From: Clostridia bacterium
Lineage (GTDB): Bacteria; Bacillota; Clostridia; TANB77; CAG-508
Direction of reading: 5' to 3'
NCBI GenBank assembly: GCA_017458285.1
Contig: JAFTFU010000002.1
Coordinates: 7,079-71,078 of the forward strand
Length of the DNA stretch: 64,000 nucleotides
The notes under the pieces were generated by a model, which was not told the DNA's origin, searched no databases, and saw only the letters and a program-made list of their open reading frames with translations. A program made the position numbers and the translations under genes. Of the stretch, positions 31,710 to 42,312 are shown one piece after another (the first letter of the stretch is position 1; every line of letters starts with the position of its first letter).

Positions 31710-32039
31710 CTATTTGGAATTTAGTTTTTGACAATATGTTCTGGTGATATTAACTTTTGGTTTAATTCTACTTGATATAGTCATTTGCTTACCAGTTAAA
31801 TTATTAACCTTTGTTTGCTCAGGTGCATATTCACCTTGAATCGTCATACCTTCAAACAACTTGATTTTTATATTTTGCTCATTTGTTGTCATAGATAAAT
31901 ATTGTCTTATATTATTTTCCAGTTCATTATAAATCATACGAATAGTATCTATGTCATATAATCTACCATTCTTTGCTATATCTCTTATAAGTTTGTCTTT
32001 TGTAATTGTAATTGTTTTTGTAGTTATTTCATTATTCAA
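31710..32039 (-). CDS. HU/IHF-like DNA-binding protein
   Basis: KDKLIRDIA helix and beta-arm NNLTGKQMTISSRIKPK; next to the YonO-like gene as yonN is in SPbeta. Confidence 0.7.
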   Translation of the reverse strand: MNNEITTKTITITKDKLIRDIAKNGRLYDIDTIRMIYNELENNIRQYLSMTTNEQNIKIKLFEGMTIQGEYAPEQTKVNNLTGKQMTISSRIKPKVNITRTYCQKLNSK

Positions 32040-32194
32040 TTCCCTTCACACCTCTATTATAAAATTATTCTATTATGGGTTATTTTTTCTTGTTTCCCCT
32101 ATTAGCAACTTTTTTTGATTTTTATAATACCTAAAAATAAGGTAATTCAGTTTTGATTAAATATTCTAAATTACCCTAAATTTAGGCATTATAT

Positions 32195-35152
32195 TTATTT
32201 CTCTTGTGAACTACTTAATTCCTTCCTTTTTAAATACGCACGTTTGTTTTGTTCTTTTCGCAATATTTTATTATGAACTTCATTACACTTATTGCATCTA
32301 CAAGTTTGATTATCTTTATTCTTTATTTCAAACCAATCACCACAATCAATACATTGAATTACTTTTGTTATTTGTCTCTTGTGTTTTGATAAATTTTCAT
32401 ATAATACATTTCCATAGCAAGTCCATAATAAATCTTTATACTTACTGTCTTTTATACCATATAAATACTTAACAAGAATATCAGCAACTTCTCTATCTGA
32501 ATATCCAAACTGCGATAATTCATTAGTAATGTCATTTATTATTGTCTGATATTTAGCCTTTTGACGTGTTTCAGTTTGCAATAAAGCATCTCTTGGTATA
32601 GTTTGCGAATCCATAGTATGTATTTTGCCAAAATATAATTTAGCTTTTTCAATATACTTTAATACAACAGGATTTGTACCTTCAATCAATCTACCATTAT
32701 CTGCTTTGCATATTTGAAATTCAATATCAGGATTACTCATTAATAATTTATAATCAGGTTTAGGCAATTTTTTTGATTTATGATTTTTAGTATATTTACA
32801 ACTTATTCTCGGATTTGGTATTAAAGAATTAAGTTTATTGACAAAACTATTGTTTATAGATACTGTTTGTTCATCAGACTTATCTTTAGCATATTTAAAA
32901 AAATAGGGGAGAAGATTATTTGTAAAAGATGTTATTTGTTGTTTAACCTGTTGTGGGAACTCAGGTTTATAAAGTGTTTTTGCGTAATCCACAATGTAAT
33001 TATTTTGACAACATAATCTTTTAATACAATCTATTGTTTGTTTTTTTTGCTCATCATTTCCATAAATAAAAACATCATCATTCCATATTTTAGAAATGTT
33101 ATTACTATAAATTCCTATATTACCACCTGTAAATGCAGTAATTAAACCATTATAAATATTCTCATCATTTATCAAAGATGGTTTTGCCTTTTTCATTTCA
33201 TAATATAATGGCACAATATTAAATTTTCTTATATTTCGTTCAGCCACATCTATTATGGCTTTGTCTGATACTACAAGCGATTTATCTCCGTCAACATCGA
33301 ACTGGAGAACTTTACTTATCATATCACTGCTACTTGTATATAAAGCATTAGTACAAAACCATTCTCTTATTTTCTCTTGTCTTTCGTTTTTATTACAAGC
33401 AATATTATTCCTAATACAATGTTCCATAAATAAATGCGGCGAACGTAAACAGTCTAACTTATCATTTAATCTAAACAGCCAACAAAACACTTCACCATCT
33501 TTTAACAATCCTCGTGGTGTTTCTATTCCCATAAACCAATGTTCGCAGGCAGCATAAAAATCAGGAAGAATAAAAGTGTATTTACCTTTGACCTGTAATT
33601 TACCTGATTTATATTTTTTTATCAAACTATCCTTTATATCTTTTAATTTAATTCTGATATATACGTCATTAAGCAATTCAGGATAAATCTCAATAGCCTT
33701 CTGAAATGAAGTCTTATATAGATTATAAGGTGTAACGCCAAATACATTTTTAATATTATCAACTGAGGAACAAAGATTGTTTAATTTATCAATAGAAGAT
33801 TTTGCGATTTGATATATTTCCTCATCTGTAATATCAGTTAAACTTTGAAGCATTTGATAATTGATAGTTGCATCTTTAATTCGTTCTTCTTCCGGATTGG
33901 TATAATTAGCAGAACAACGATATTGTTTAAAATATTCTTTGTACTGTTCCCAATTACAGTAATACGAATTAAACTTAAACTGACTTTTTGTAAATATAAC
34001 TTGTATATCTTCTTTTATAATATCGTGTTCTACACCATATATATCTTTTATTATAGATGAACATTTATTGTCTTTTATAAATTTTACAAAATCAAACACT
34101 CCAAGAAGTCCTTTAACAAATGGCATCCTCGCCATCTTATTACATTGCTTAACACCAAAAGCATTTGGTAATATCATTCCTGCACCGTCAGTATGTGTTA
34201 TAGGTATATAGTCTTTTTTTCGTGTAATCGAAAAATCTGCATCATCTATAAAATCAAACTCACCATAAACATTGGTTTCAAAATCATCTATGACTATTGT
34301 TTTATCTATATCAAATTCTGTCCATTCATCTGTTGCACTATTGATTAAGGCAAGATAACTAAGATACTTATTAGAATTGCAACCGCCTTGTCTATTTATC
34401 TCATCAACAGTCAAACCACACATTAAAGTTTTTTCATATTTCTTCCATACGCTTTCTTTGATAAATATACATTTTTTTGTTCTTATCTGTCCAGCTGAAG
34501 AAGTAAAGTAAATATATTTTTCACCTTTATATTTATAGCCATTAAATAGAATATCTCTTAATATATCAAAATAATATATTTGGATAACCATAAAATCATT
34601 AGTTAATTCATTTGGTTTAGCACCGATTGTTCTTGTAAAAGCTGATTCAAAGAAAGATATAATCTTCACATTTTTATCATTTAGTTGTCTTATATGGTCT
34701 TTGCCTTTTGTTTTTATATTATAATCTGCTTTATTCTGTAAAAGTTTAAGCAGTTGATTTTTTATATCTTTAATCTTTTTTGTTTTTAATTCTACAATTC
34801 TTTTAAGTTTAACATATTGACCAGTTAATTCTAAAATTTCTTTTGCATTATCTTTATTATCATCATTAAAAGTCATAAAAAAACTATTATCTGATTCTGC
34901 CTGTTTATAAACAGACAATAAATCTTTTTTAGACAGACCATATTCATATAATTGCCTTTCGATATTTTTAAGCCCTACATAAGTTCGTTTACCTTTACTA
35001 TGAAAGTTTTTATATACCCCACCTTTAAGCAACTGTTTGCGTTCCATTCTAATCTGATGATTAAGTTTATGTAGATACGCTTCGTGATTACTATAAAAAT
35101 CACCTGTATCAGCAGCGTATATTTGAATTTGAGAATCAAGCAATATAATCAC
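32195..35152 (-). CDS. yonO: YonO-like single-subunit phage RNA polymerase
   Basis: 985 aa; catalytic DxDGD (QFDVDGDKSL), SSAGQIR, HTDGAG, LRSPH and VDYAK motifs; lies upstream of the late genes. Confidence 0.88.
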   Translation of the reverse strand: MIILLDSQIQIYAADTGDFYSNHEAYLHKLNHQIRMERKQLLKGGVYKNFHSKGKRTYVGLKNIERQLYEYGLSKKDLLSVYKQAESDNSFFMTFNDDNKDNAKEILELTGQYVKLKRIVELKTKKIKDIKNQLLKLLQNKADYNIKTKGKDHIRQLNDKNVKIISFFESAFTRTIGAKPNELTNDFMVIQIYYFDILRDILFNGYKYKGEKYIYFTSSAGQIRTKKCIFIKESVWKKYEKTLMCGLTVDEINRQGGCNSNKYLSYLALINSATDEWTEFDIDKTIVIDDFETNVYGEFDFIDDADFSITRKKDYIPITHTDGAGMILPNAFGVKQCNKMARMPFVKGLLGVFDFVKFIKDNKCSSIIKDIYGVEHDIIKEDIQVIFTKSQFKFNSYYCNWEQYKEYFKQYRCSANYTNPEEERIKDATINYQMLQSLTDITDEEIYQIAKSSIDKLNNLCSSVDNIKNVFGVTPYNLYKTSFQKAIEIYPELLNDVYIRIKLKDIKDSLIKKYKSGKLQVKGKYTFILPDFYAACEHWFMGIETPRGLLKDGEVFCWLFRLNDKLDCLRSPHLFMEHCIRNNIACNKNERQEKIREWFCTNALYTSSSDMISKVLQFDVDGDKSLVVSDKAIIDVAERNIRKFNIVPLYYEMKKAKPSLINDENIYNGLITAFTGGNIGIYSNNISKIWNDDVFIYGNDEQKKQTIDCIKRLCCQNNYIVDYAKTLYKPEFPQQVKQQITSFTNNLLPYFFKYAKDKSDEQTVSINNSFVNKLNSLIPNPRISCKYTKNHKSKKLPKPDYKLLMSNPDIEFQICKADNGRLIEGTNPVVLKYIEKAKLYFGKIHTMDSQTIPRDALLQTETRQKAKYQTIINDITNELSQFGYSDREVADILVKYLYGIKDSKYKDLLWTCYGNVLYENLSKHKRQITKVIQCIDCGDWFEIKNKDNQTCRCNKCNEVHNKILRKEQNKRAYLKRKELSSSQEK

Positions 35153-36099
35153 CTACTTTTTGATATTCTATTATTTTGATTTTTAATTCTCTGTATTAAT
35201 GTCGTAACACCACACATAGGATACCATGTTTTAATATAATCAATGCATTTATCATACTGCTTATTAGGCGTACACTCTGTTCTGCTACTTAAAATTCCTT
35301 TTCTTTTCATTTCTTTGTATAATTCATTTTTAAATCCTATAATATACTTTAAATTATTCTTGTCTGAATAATCTACAATATCTTGTAAGACATATAAAAC
35401 TCTATTATGAATTGTATTTTTTATTACATCATGTTGAAATGTAGTTATTTCATCACAAGGATTAATTTGTCTAAAATCATGTTCAACATCAACAATACTA
35501 TTAAGATTTATATTATCTACTGTATTTTTCGCCCAATCAATTATTAGTTGTAAGCTATCAATATATTGTTGTTTAGTTTGTTTATCAAATAAATCTAACT
35601 CATTTGATAACAAATAATACTCACTTTGACGTTGTATGAAATCTTTACAGTTAATACAAAATTGTATAGCCTGTTTTTTAAATTTATTATGCCATTCCAA
35701 TAAAATAGCATTATGAATAGGATTACTATAATCATTAAAATATTTCTTATCTCGTATTCTTATTAGTTCATTAAATCTATTATCAATTTTACTGTCATAT
35801 AAATTTCGACAAGACGACATATTCATCATAATCATATCTTCGATAATATCATCATCGTTATCATAAATTTTAACATCTACCATAACAATATCTTTCCCTA
35901 ATTCTTTGCAAGCTCTAACTCGCTGGTGTCCTGACACGATTACCTTATCCTGCGTGATAACAATAGGCTCGATAACTCCACTTGTTTTGATTGACTCTAA
36001 AAACTCCTGCCATTTGTCACCCGACATATCATCAAAAAATTCTGAATTTCTTGGATGAGGTTTCAGCTCCTCAATTTTCATTAACTGCATATTTTTCAC
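35149..36099 (-). CDS. ParB-like N-terminal domain protein with possible ORF6C-type C-terminus
   Basis: LKPHPRN...GVIEPIVIT...IVSGHQRVRA ParB motif. Confidence 0.75.
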   Translation of the reverse strand: MKNMQLMKIEELKPHPRNSEFFDDMSGDKWQEFLESIKTSGVIEPIVITQDKVIVSGHQRVRACKELGKDIVMVDVKIYDNDDDIIEDMIMMNMSSCRNLYDSKIDNRFNELIRIRDKKYFNDYSNPIHNAILLEWHNKFKKQAIQFCINCKDFIQRQSEYYLLSNELDLFDKQTKQQYIDSLQLIIDWAKNTVDNINLNSIVDVEHDFRQINPCDEITTFQHDVIKNTIHNRVLYVLQDIVDYSDKNNLKYIIGFKNELYKEMKRKGILSSRTECTPNKQYDKCIDYIKTWYPMCGVTTLIQRIKNQNNRISKSR

Positions 36100-36185
36100 C
36101 TTTCTTTATTACATTATTAAATTATACATATTTATTAGTTGGATAAAATTAAAATCAAATTTACTGTTTTTAATATCAATAGTCA

Positions 36186-36488
36186 TCAATTATCTTCATA
36201 TAAATCCTCGAAACATTCTTTATAGTAACTATAAAATTCTTTCGCATAATCCTCATAGTTATCACCATTGACTATATCATACACATTAGATTTATATTCT
36301 ATTTCATCTAAGCCACTACACTCATCAATATTATCTATCATATCACAAAGACTTTGCTCTATTTGTTTTATATTTTCATTTTCCGCTTTCTGTTTTAACC
36401 TCAAAATATAATATCTATTTTGTTTTGAAACAGTAGGTTTTCTTCTAATTCTATATTTTGGTTTTTGATTTCCCATTTTAACCACCAC
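36186..36488 (-). CDS. Hypothetical protein
   Basis: 100-aa ORF with RBS AAGGTGG. Confidence 0.55.
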   Translation of the reverse strand: MVVKMGNQKPKYRIRRKPTVSKQNRYYILRLKQKAENENIKQIEQSLCDMIDNIDECSGLDEIEYKSNVYDIVNGDNYEDYAKEFYSYYKECFEDLYEDN

Positions 36489-36513
36489 CTTTCTATTTCA
36501 TATAGTGCCAGAT

Positions 36514-37329
36514 TTATAATATATTGTGTTCCTCCAAATACTTAATCTTGTTTTCTACTTCTACTGAATAGTAACCATCACCTTTCGCTTCTAAGTACAC
36601 ATCAGCACCTCTTTTTTTTCGTTTATAAGTATTGCAGAAAATATTAGTAGGCGTTCTGAATTTATATTCTTTTGTTTTTTTATCGTAATACTTAACAGGA
36701 CTTCTTTCTCTAACATATGTCAAACCTAAGTCAACAAGAACGCTAACCGCTTTAGATACCGTTCTTTCTGACAGCCCTATATCATCTCCTATTGATTTAT
36801 AATAAGCATTAAATGCTTCTGCGTTATCGCAATACTCATTATGCCTTATTGGTATATTGGCTCTTAGATAAAGGAACACGAGAAGAACTATAGAACTGTC
36901 AAACCTGTTGTCATAAATATTATTGCTCCTATCCGATAAAATTATATTCAGCTCATCTAAATAGATAACAGCAAATCTATTATTTAAACAGTAATTATGT
37001 ATCTTATCTTTATCAAAATACAACTCTTTGCACTGCCTTTTTTTGATGTTGCCGTCATAAGATAAAAACCATTGATATTTCATATAATCTAATAGTGGCA
37101 ATATTTTTTCTGTATATGTATCATCCTTATGTGCCACACCTGTTTTTTTGCCTGCGTATTGTTTAAGATTTTCAGTATTGAATAACAGTGTATTATCTAT
37201 ACCTGTTTTTGAATATAAATATGAATATACCAGTCCTCTACGTTTATCTACTGTTTTTTCAATAATAATGTCATAGGGGATTAGAATATATTTACTTTGT
37301 TGTCCTGTTAATTTCTCTTTATCAATCAT
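36514..37329 (-). CDS. Winged-helix DNA-binding protein
   Basis: YKSIGDDIGLSERTVSKAVSVLVDLGL HTH; ATG at 37329 with RBS GGAGG. Confidence 0.65.
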   Translation of the reverse strand: MIDKEKLTGQQSKYILIPYDIIIEKTVDKRRGLVYSYLYSKTGIDNTLLFNTENLKQYAGKKTGVAHKDDTYTEKILPLLDYMKYQWFLSYDGNIKKRQCKELYFDKDKIHNYCLNNRFAVIYLDELNIILSDRSNNIYDNRFDSSIVLLVFLYLRANIPIRHNEYCDNAEAFNAYYKSIGDDIGLSERTVSKAVSVLVDLGLTYVRERSPVKYYDKKTKEYKFRTPTNIFCNTYKRKKRGADVYLEAKGDGYYSVEVENKIKYLEEHNIL

Positions 37330-38838
37330 TATAAACCTCCAGTTAATTATTAAATATTTCAAAATCATATTACCCCCTAAAAATAAGGGGTGTTATTTTT
37401 AAAAATTAAGAAAATCTTGATTTACACCACCGTATTTTAGTAGGTAGTTCAACATTCTTCTACAAATAGATACAATATAACAAATAGATAATTGTGGCTA
37501 CGCCACTTTGTGAATGATATTTTACAAAAAATAAGAATAAATTTATATTGTTATTATATATCCGTATTAGTTAGGTAAATAAAAAATAATAATATTATTG
37601 TGATTGTTATTTTGTTATATAAATTTATTAGTTTAATTCTATTATAATATATTATTATATATTTGTCAAGAAAATATATAAAATTTTTATGAAATATTTT
37701 TATTCCCATATTTTAGTTTTTATGTTTAAATCTATATTCTTGTTTAATCTATAGTTTTATTTAGTCCTATGGCTGATCTGAGCAGCTATGCTGCTAACCA
37801 TTAGAACTATAGACTATAAATTTATAGTAAGAAGTATTCCTTGTTTCTTTTTTCTTTGTCGTTTACATTATTGATATTGTGTATGAATAAGGAATAGGGG
37901 ATAAGATATGTATGAGTATAGATAAACTACTTTTTATTTTTTTATCGGTAATTATTATTAGAATTATTTTTTGATTTTTTATTTTAGAAAAATATATTTA
38001 TAAAATACATAAGTTTCAGGTAATTTATCGAAATAATTCTATTCAACGGATTTTTTTAATCGGTAAATCGTTAATAATAGGTTGGTTTATTAGAAAATAG
38101 ATTGCATAAAAATAAGGTTATTTAATGTATTGGTTTCCTGAGTTAGTTAGCTTATTTAAAATAATTTTATCGTTATTTAATTGGTAATTTGGTATTTTAA
38201 TTATTTGTTTTAAATTTTTAAATAATTTACTTTTGTTTATTATTTTGCCTATATTTGTCTTTGTTTTAAGGTCGTATTTTCTTATAAGTTAAAGTTTATA
38301 TTTTTATTTTTTTTATTTTAAATAATATATTACCGATGGATTTTCCGATAGCAAAAATATAGATTTGTGAAAATATTTTTCGTATTTGCAATTTATTGAC
38401 GTGTTATTTTGTAAATTTTTTACGAGTGATAGATGAAGCAGACTATGAAAAAAATGTGAATATAAAACGCTTTTTGTAGTGTAAAACACCCCCGATCATA
38501 GATGATTAAAATTGAATATGATATTATTTGATTTTATCATATTCAACTCTATTTCAATTCTATGCTTGTTTAAATTCTATGCTTGTTTATATGATATGAT
38601 ATAATATGATATATCAATATGGTATTTATATATCGGTATACTATGTGTTACATAGTATTATATTTCACTATTTATTCATTAACCTTCTTGAAGCTTCATA
38701 CGTTCATAAAATGTTCATAATTTATTTAAAATTTATTCATGCAATCAGAGTAAAGCTATGGTATACTATAGTTATAGCAAAAACAAAGCAGCCCTTCAAG
38801 CAGTCGAAAAAAAGTTTGAAAAAACTTTAAAAATCTAC

Positions 38839-38867
38839 TTGACAAATTGTTTTAATTATGCTATAAT
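38839..38867 (+). promoter_or_regulatory. Consensus sigmaA early promoter 1
   Basis: TTGACA-17 bp-TATAAT, A-rich upstream element. Confidence 0.85.
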
Positions 38868-39087
38868 AGTTACAGTAAATAAAGCAAATGACATTTTGAA
38901 GGCGTCGACTGTATGACTAATATACAAATTTTGTGTAGTTAGTCAAAAGTTTAAAAGTTTAAAAGTCTACTATTAAGTTTTAAAATCTGAATGATACATT
39001 AAAGCAACAGATCTGACGACTGAAAACAATTAATTTAAAATCAGAAATTAAAACTTAAAAAAACTTAAAAAAACTTTTAAAAAATAC

Positions 39088-39117
39088 TTGACAAACTACA
39101 AAAAAATGATGTATAAT
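39088..39117 (+). promoter_or_regulatory. Consensus sigmaA early promoter 2
   Basis: TTGACA-18 bp-TATAAT; flanks resemble promoter 1 (aaaaaacttt...acttgacaaa...tacagtaaa). Confidence 0.8.
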
Positions 39118-39615
39118 ATAAGTACAGTAAAGCTGATTAAAGTTAGAAGCTTTATTCTACCCGACTCTAATGTGAGTCATTACCCAAACTAATTATTATA
39201 TATAGTGAAATTAAAAAGTATTAAAAACTATATGTAATAACAACATGACTGTTGAAAAAAAGTCCGAGTCCATAGCAGCGTTATCGTTTTGGCGTATAGT
39301 CAGAGTATACGGCACATTGAAAATAAAACAAGATGTCCAGCGAGTAGGTTAAAACTCCGTGTCTGAAGACTCGGCACATTGTATTGTGCATTATCGAGAA
39401 GGCTTAGTCAATCTCGCCGACCGAAATAGAATTAAATCCTTTTTCTTTATCTTTTCAACAAATGCAACTGTATAATTGAGAGTGTTTTACACAAACGGTT
39501 ATACAGTTGCACCAACACTAAAAACAGTACCTTGACGTGGTGTGTTGGCGTGATGCTCTAAAATTAGAGTGACTAAAACTGTACTATAATCATATTGAAA
39601 AGGTAAGTAATAGTT

Positions 39616-39798
39616 ATGAAAATTACAAAACGTACAATTAATCAAGAAATGCAAATGTCAATTTTCGATTTTGAGGGTTTTATTTCTGATGAAGTAATAC
39701 TTCTTATGAGAATAATTAACAGATGCAAAGCACATAATGAAGCATTTGAAATGTCAAAAAGTGTAGAAAAAATCTATAAAACAATAACACAAAATTGA
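39616..39798 (+). CDS. Small early protein
   Basis: 60 aa, RBS AAAGGT; QMSIFDF resembles a beta-clamp-binding motif. Confidence 0.6.
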   Translation: MKITKRTINQEMQMSIFDFEGFISDEVILLMRIINRCKAHNEAFEMSKSVEKIYKTITQN

Positions 39799-39921
39799 CA
39801 AGCCGAAACAGAGACAATATATCTAATATATTTCTCTGTCGCAACAAGGTAGTAACTTGTTGCCTGACGATGGCAAACTGTCAGCATTAAAAAATTTAAA
39901 AGATAAAGGTAGGTAATAATT

Positions 39922-40311
39922 ATGACAAAAACAGTATGGATAAGTGAGTATTTTTGTGGTAATAAAATCTCTGATGAAGGACTCCGACGCGGTTATGTTG
40001 ACTATGGAACGCTTGCAAAATCTTTTGACTGCATACTCAATAACGATATTATATTTAAAACTACAAATATCGGCTACTGGGATATAGTCAATGGCTCTGA
40101 ATACGATGAGGAAACAGACACCTATACAGAAATATTTCAGTATTATATCATTGACGATAAAGGTTATGATATATTGTCTGATTATACAGATGAGATAATT
40201 TTCTATAATGAAGAGCTGGATATGTATGTTTGGGGTGTAACTCATTTCGGTACAAGCTGGGATTATGTTCTGACTGACATTAAAATCGTCAAAGATAATG
40301 CAGAAAATTAA
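39922..40311 (+). CDS. Acidic early phage protein
   Basis: 129 aa, RBS AGGTAGGT. Confidence 0.75.
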   Translation: MTKTVWISEYFCGNKISDEGLRRGYVDYGTLAKSFDCILNNDIIFKTTNIGYWDIVNGSEYDEETDTYTEIFQYYIIDDKGYDILSDYTDEIIFYNEELDMYVWGVTHFGTSWDYVLTDIKIVKDNAEN

Positions 40312-40449
40312 AGGCTGAGCAAGATTGTACTCAATGAACTTTACGATGATTAAACAAAGCAAGGTTTTCTAAAAGGTTTGTACCTTCACAAAACAAGCCT
40401 TATTCCAGCGGTTTATCCGCAAATTTAAAAGATAAAGGAGTGCTATATC

Positions 40450-40848
40450 ATGGTAGATATTAACAGGAATTTTTACAAGCGTATTAATGCTATTGCAGCA
40501 GAAGGACAATTTGATATTGAACCGATGCGACTCACTTCTGGTTATTGTTGTGTTCTGATGAGGGCGAGAAGTGTAGATGAGTATAGTAAAATGCTTGCTG
40601 TACTCAGAAGAAAACGTAATATTGTTATAGCGGATTTTAATCACAATACGTATTCTGTACGATGCTTTTATCCTGATGACTATGCGAAAAATCAAGAATT
40701 TTATGAAAAACAACGTAATTTAATTGATGTTTTTTGGACTGCAAAACATAATGAAAAATCGGCAGAAGAGTCAAAACAATTAGTATATAAATATGCAGTA
40801 GAACATGATGCCGTTAATGTTTACAATTCAATCTATCATACGGCATAA
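40450..40848 (+). CDS. Hypothetical early protein
   Basis: 132 aa, RBS AAGGAG. Confidence 0.7.
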   Translation: MVDINRNFYKRINAIAAEGQFDIEPMRLTSGYCCVLMRARSVDEYSKMLAVLRRKRNIVIADFNHNTYSVRCFYPDDYAKNQEFYEKQRNLIDVFWTAKHNEKSAEESKQLVYKYAVEHDAVNVYNSIYHTA

Positions 40849-40925
40849 TAGAAATTGACTGTCAACTAAAAATTGGCAGTCACTATAATGCACCTATGGA
40901 AAACTAATACTATAGGTGTGTTATA

Positions 40926-41315
40926 GTGACTACTACAGTCACGAAAAATAAAGATAAAGGAGCAATGATTATGTATATCAATAACGCAAACTTCAGCCCT
41001 GATACACTATGGATAATTGACCTAAACAGTAAATACGCTGTAATAAATAACGATGGTTTTATTATCCATACGGAAAAAAATCTTGATGATATGTATAAAT
41101 TCATTAAATCGGATTTTGCAGGAACATACACAAAAGGTAAAGTATTTGAGGATTTTTCACATCCTTGCTATGACCCTGAACATGGAAATTATTATACAAC
41201 TCGAAGATTAGAATTTGAGTTTAATGCAAGTCCAGAGTTAAAACAAGAATACAAATACTTTAATTTGTGGATGGAAGAAATACTTGGAAAAAACGGCACT
41301 TTGATTTATTTATAA
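40926..41315 (+). CDS. Hypothetical early protein (true start probably ~40965-40971)
   Basis: RBS AAGGAG at ~40957-40962. Confidence 0.65.
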   Translation: MTTTVTKNKDKGAMIMYINNANFSPDTLWIIDLNSKYAVINNDGFIIHTEKNLDDMYKFIKSDFAGTYTKGKVFEDFSHPCYDPEHGNYYTTRRLEFEFNASPELKQEYKYFNLWMEEILGKNGTLIYL

Positions 41316-41316
41316 G

Positions 41317-41562
41317 GTGGAATTAAATATGTATGTATATGAAATAACTGTATTTCCTAAAAAAGACAATTGGGGATATTCGTATAAAAACGGAAAAACA
41401 TACAAAAGACTTGCAAATGCTGTTAAATTAGCAGAAAAACTATCAGTCAATAATGAATGTGTTTTGATAAGAATAAACGATATTGATGACGATGACGGCA
41501 GAGAATGGAGTACAGCACCATTCATAAAGTACGAAAACGGAAAAGTTATAAAACGTTGGTAA
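41317..41562 (+). CDS. Hypothetical early protein
   Basis: Co-oriented small ORF. Confidence 0.6.
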   Translation: MELNMYVYEITVFPKKDNWGYSYKNGKTYKRLANAVKLAEKLSVNNECVLIRINDIDDDDGREWSTAPFIKYENGKVIKRW

Positions 41563-41680
41563 ATACTCATTCATAGTACATAATTCAAGCTAAACGAGCG
41601 GAAAAATGAATTATGTACTTTAATGAGTGTTTAGCAAATACCCTTTAACACTCAAATTTAAGGAAAAGGAGGTACAAATA

Positions 41681-41872
41681 ATGGGATATTTAGGGGAAAT
41701 GTCTGACGGAAATTATATACTGTATGTTGAAGTAGGTTGTATTACTGTAGTCAAAATCTTTAAGCCTGCGGAAATATCGTTAGACAAAGTATCACAAACT
41801 CCCATGCCTAATGGATTTTATCTTAAAATTCCTGATGTGGACTCTTTCGGCAGTAATGACGATGACGAGTAA
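41681..41872 (+). CDS. Hypothetical early protein
   Basis: ATG 41681 after RBS AAGGAGGT. Confidence 0.6.
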   Translation: MGYLGEMSDGNYILYVEVGCITVVKIFKPAEISLDKVSQTPMPNGFYLKIPDVDSFGSNDDDE

Positions 41873-42085
41873 ACAGACGGATAAACGGTAAATGAAATTA
41901 AGCGGAGACAGCAGATGGAAAAAATAGCAAATATCAATAGTACAATTCCTAAATCTATCTGCTGTCTCTTTGTACCAACCTTGACTTAAAAATATTATTG
42001 AAAAGAGGTATTGACGGAAAATTATTCATCAAATAATTACATCAAATAGTTGAAGTTAGCGGAATAAAATGCTATAATGTAAGGG

Positions 42086-42310
42086 GTGAAAAATATGAAA
42101 AAGAAATATAAATATTTTTGTAATTCTTGCGGAAAACATTTTGTATGTGAGTCTCCTAAAAGAGACAAATTGGGATTGCTGAATGATATTGTTTGTCCTA
42201 AATGTGGAACTTACGACATTTATCCCGATACTACAGAAGGAAGTTATCAAGCAATAAAAGATTGTTTGGAATACGAAAATCAAATTGAACAATATTTTGA
42301 GGAGGAATAA
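42086..42310 (+). CDS. Small zinc-ribbon protein
   Basis: CNSC...CPKC. Confidence 0.7.
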   Translation: MKNMKKKYKYFCNSCGKHFVCESPKRDKLGLLNDIVCPKCGTYDIYPDTTEGSYQAIKDCLEYENQIEQYFEEE

Positions 42311-42312
42311 AT

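Noticed and set aside
38606-38830. 74-aa ORF in the AT-rich intergenic region
   Set aside because: Low-complexity composition, no RBS, lies within promoter-rich DNA.
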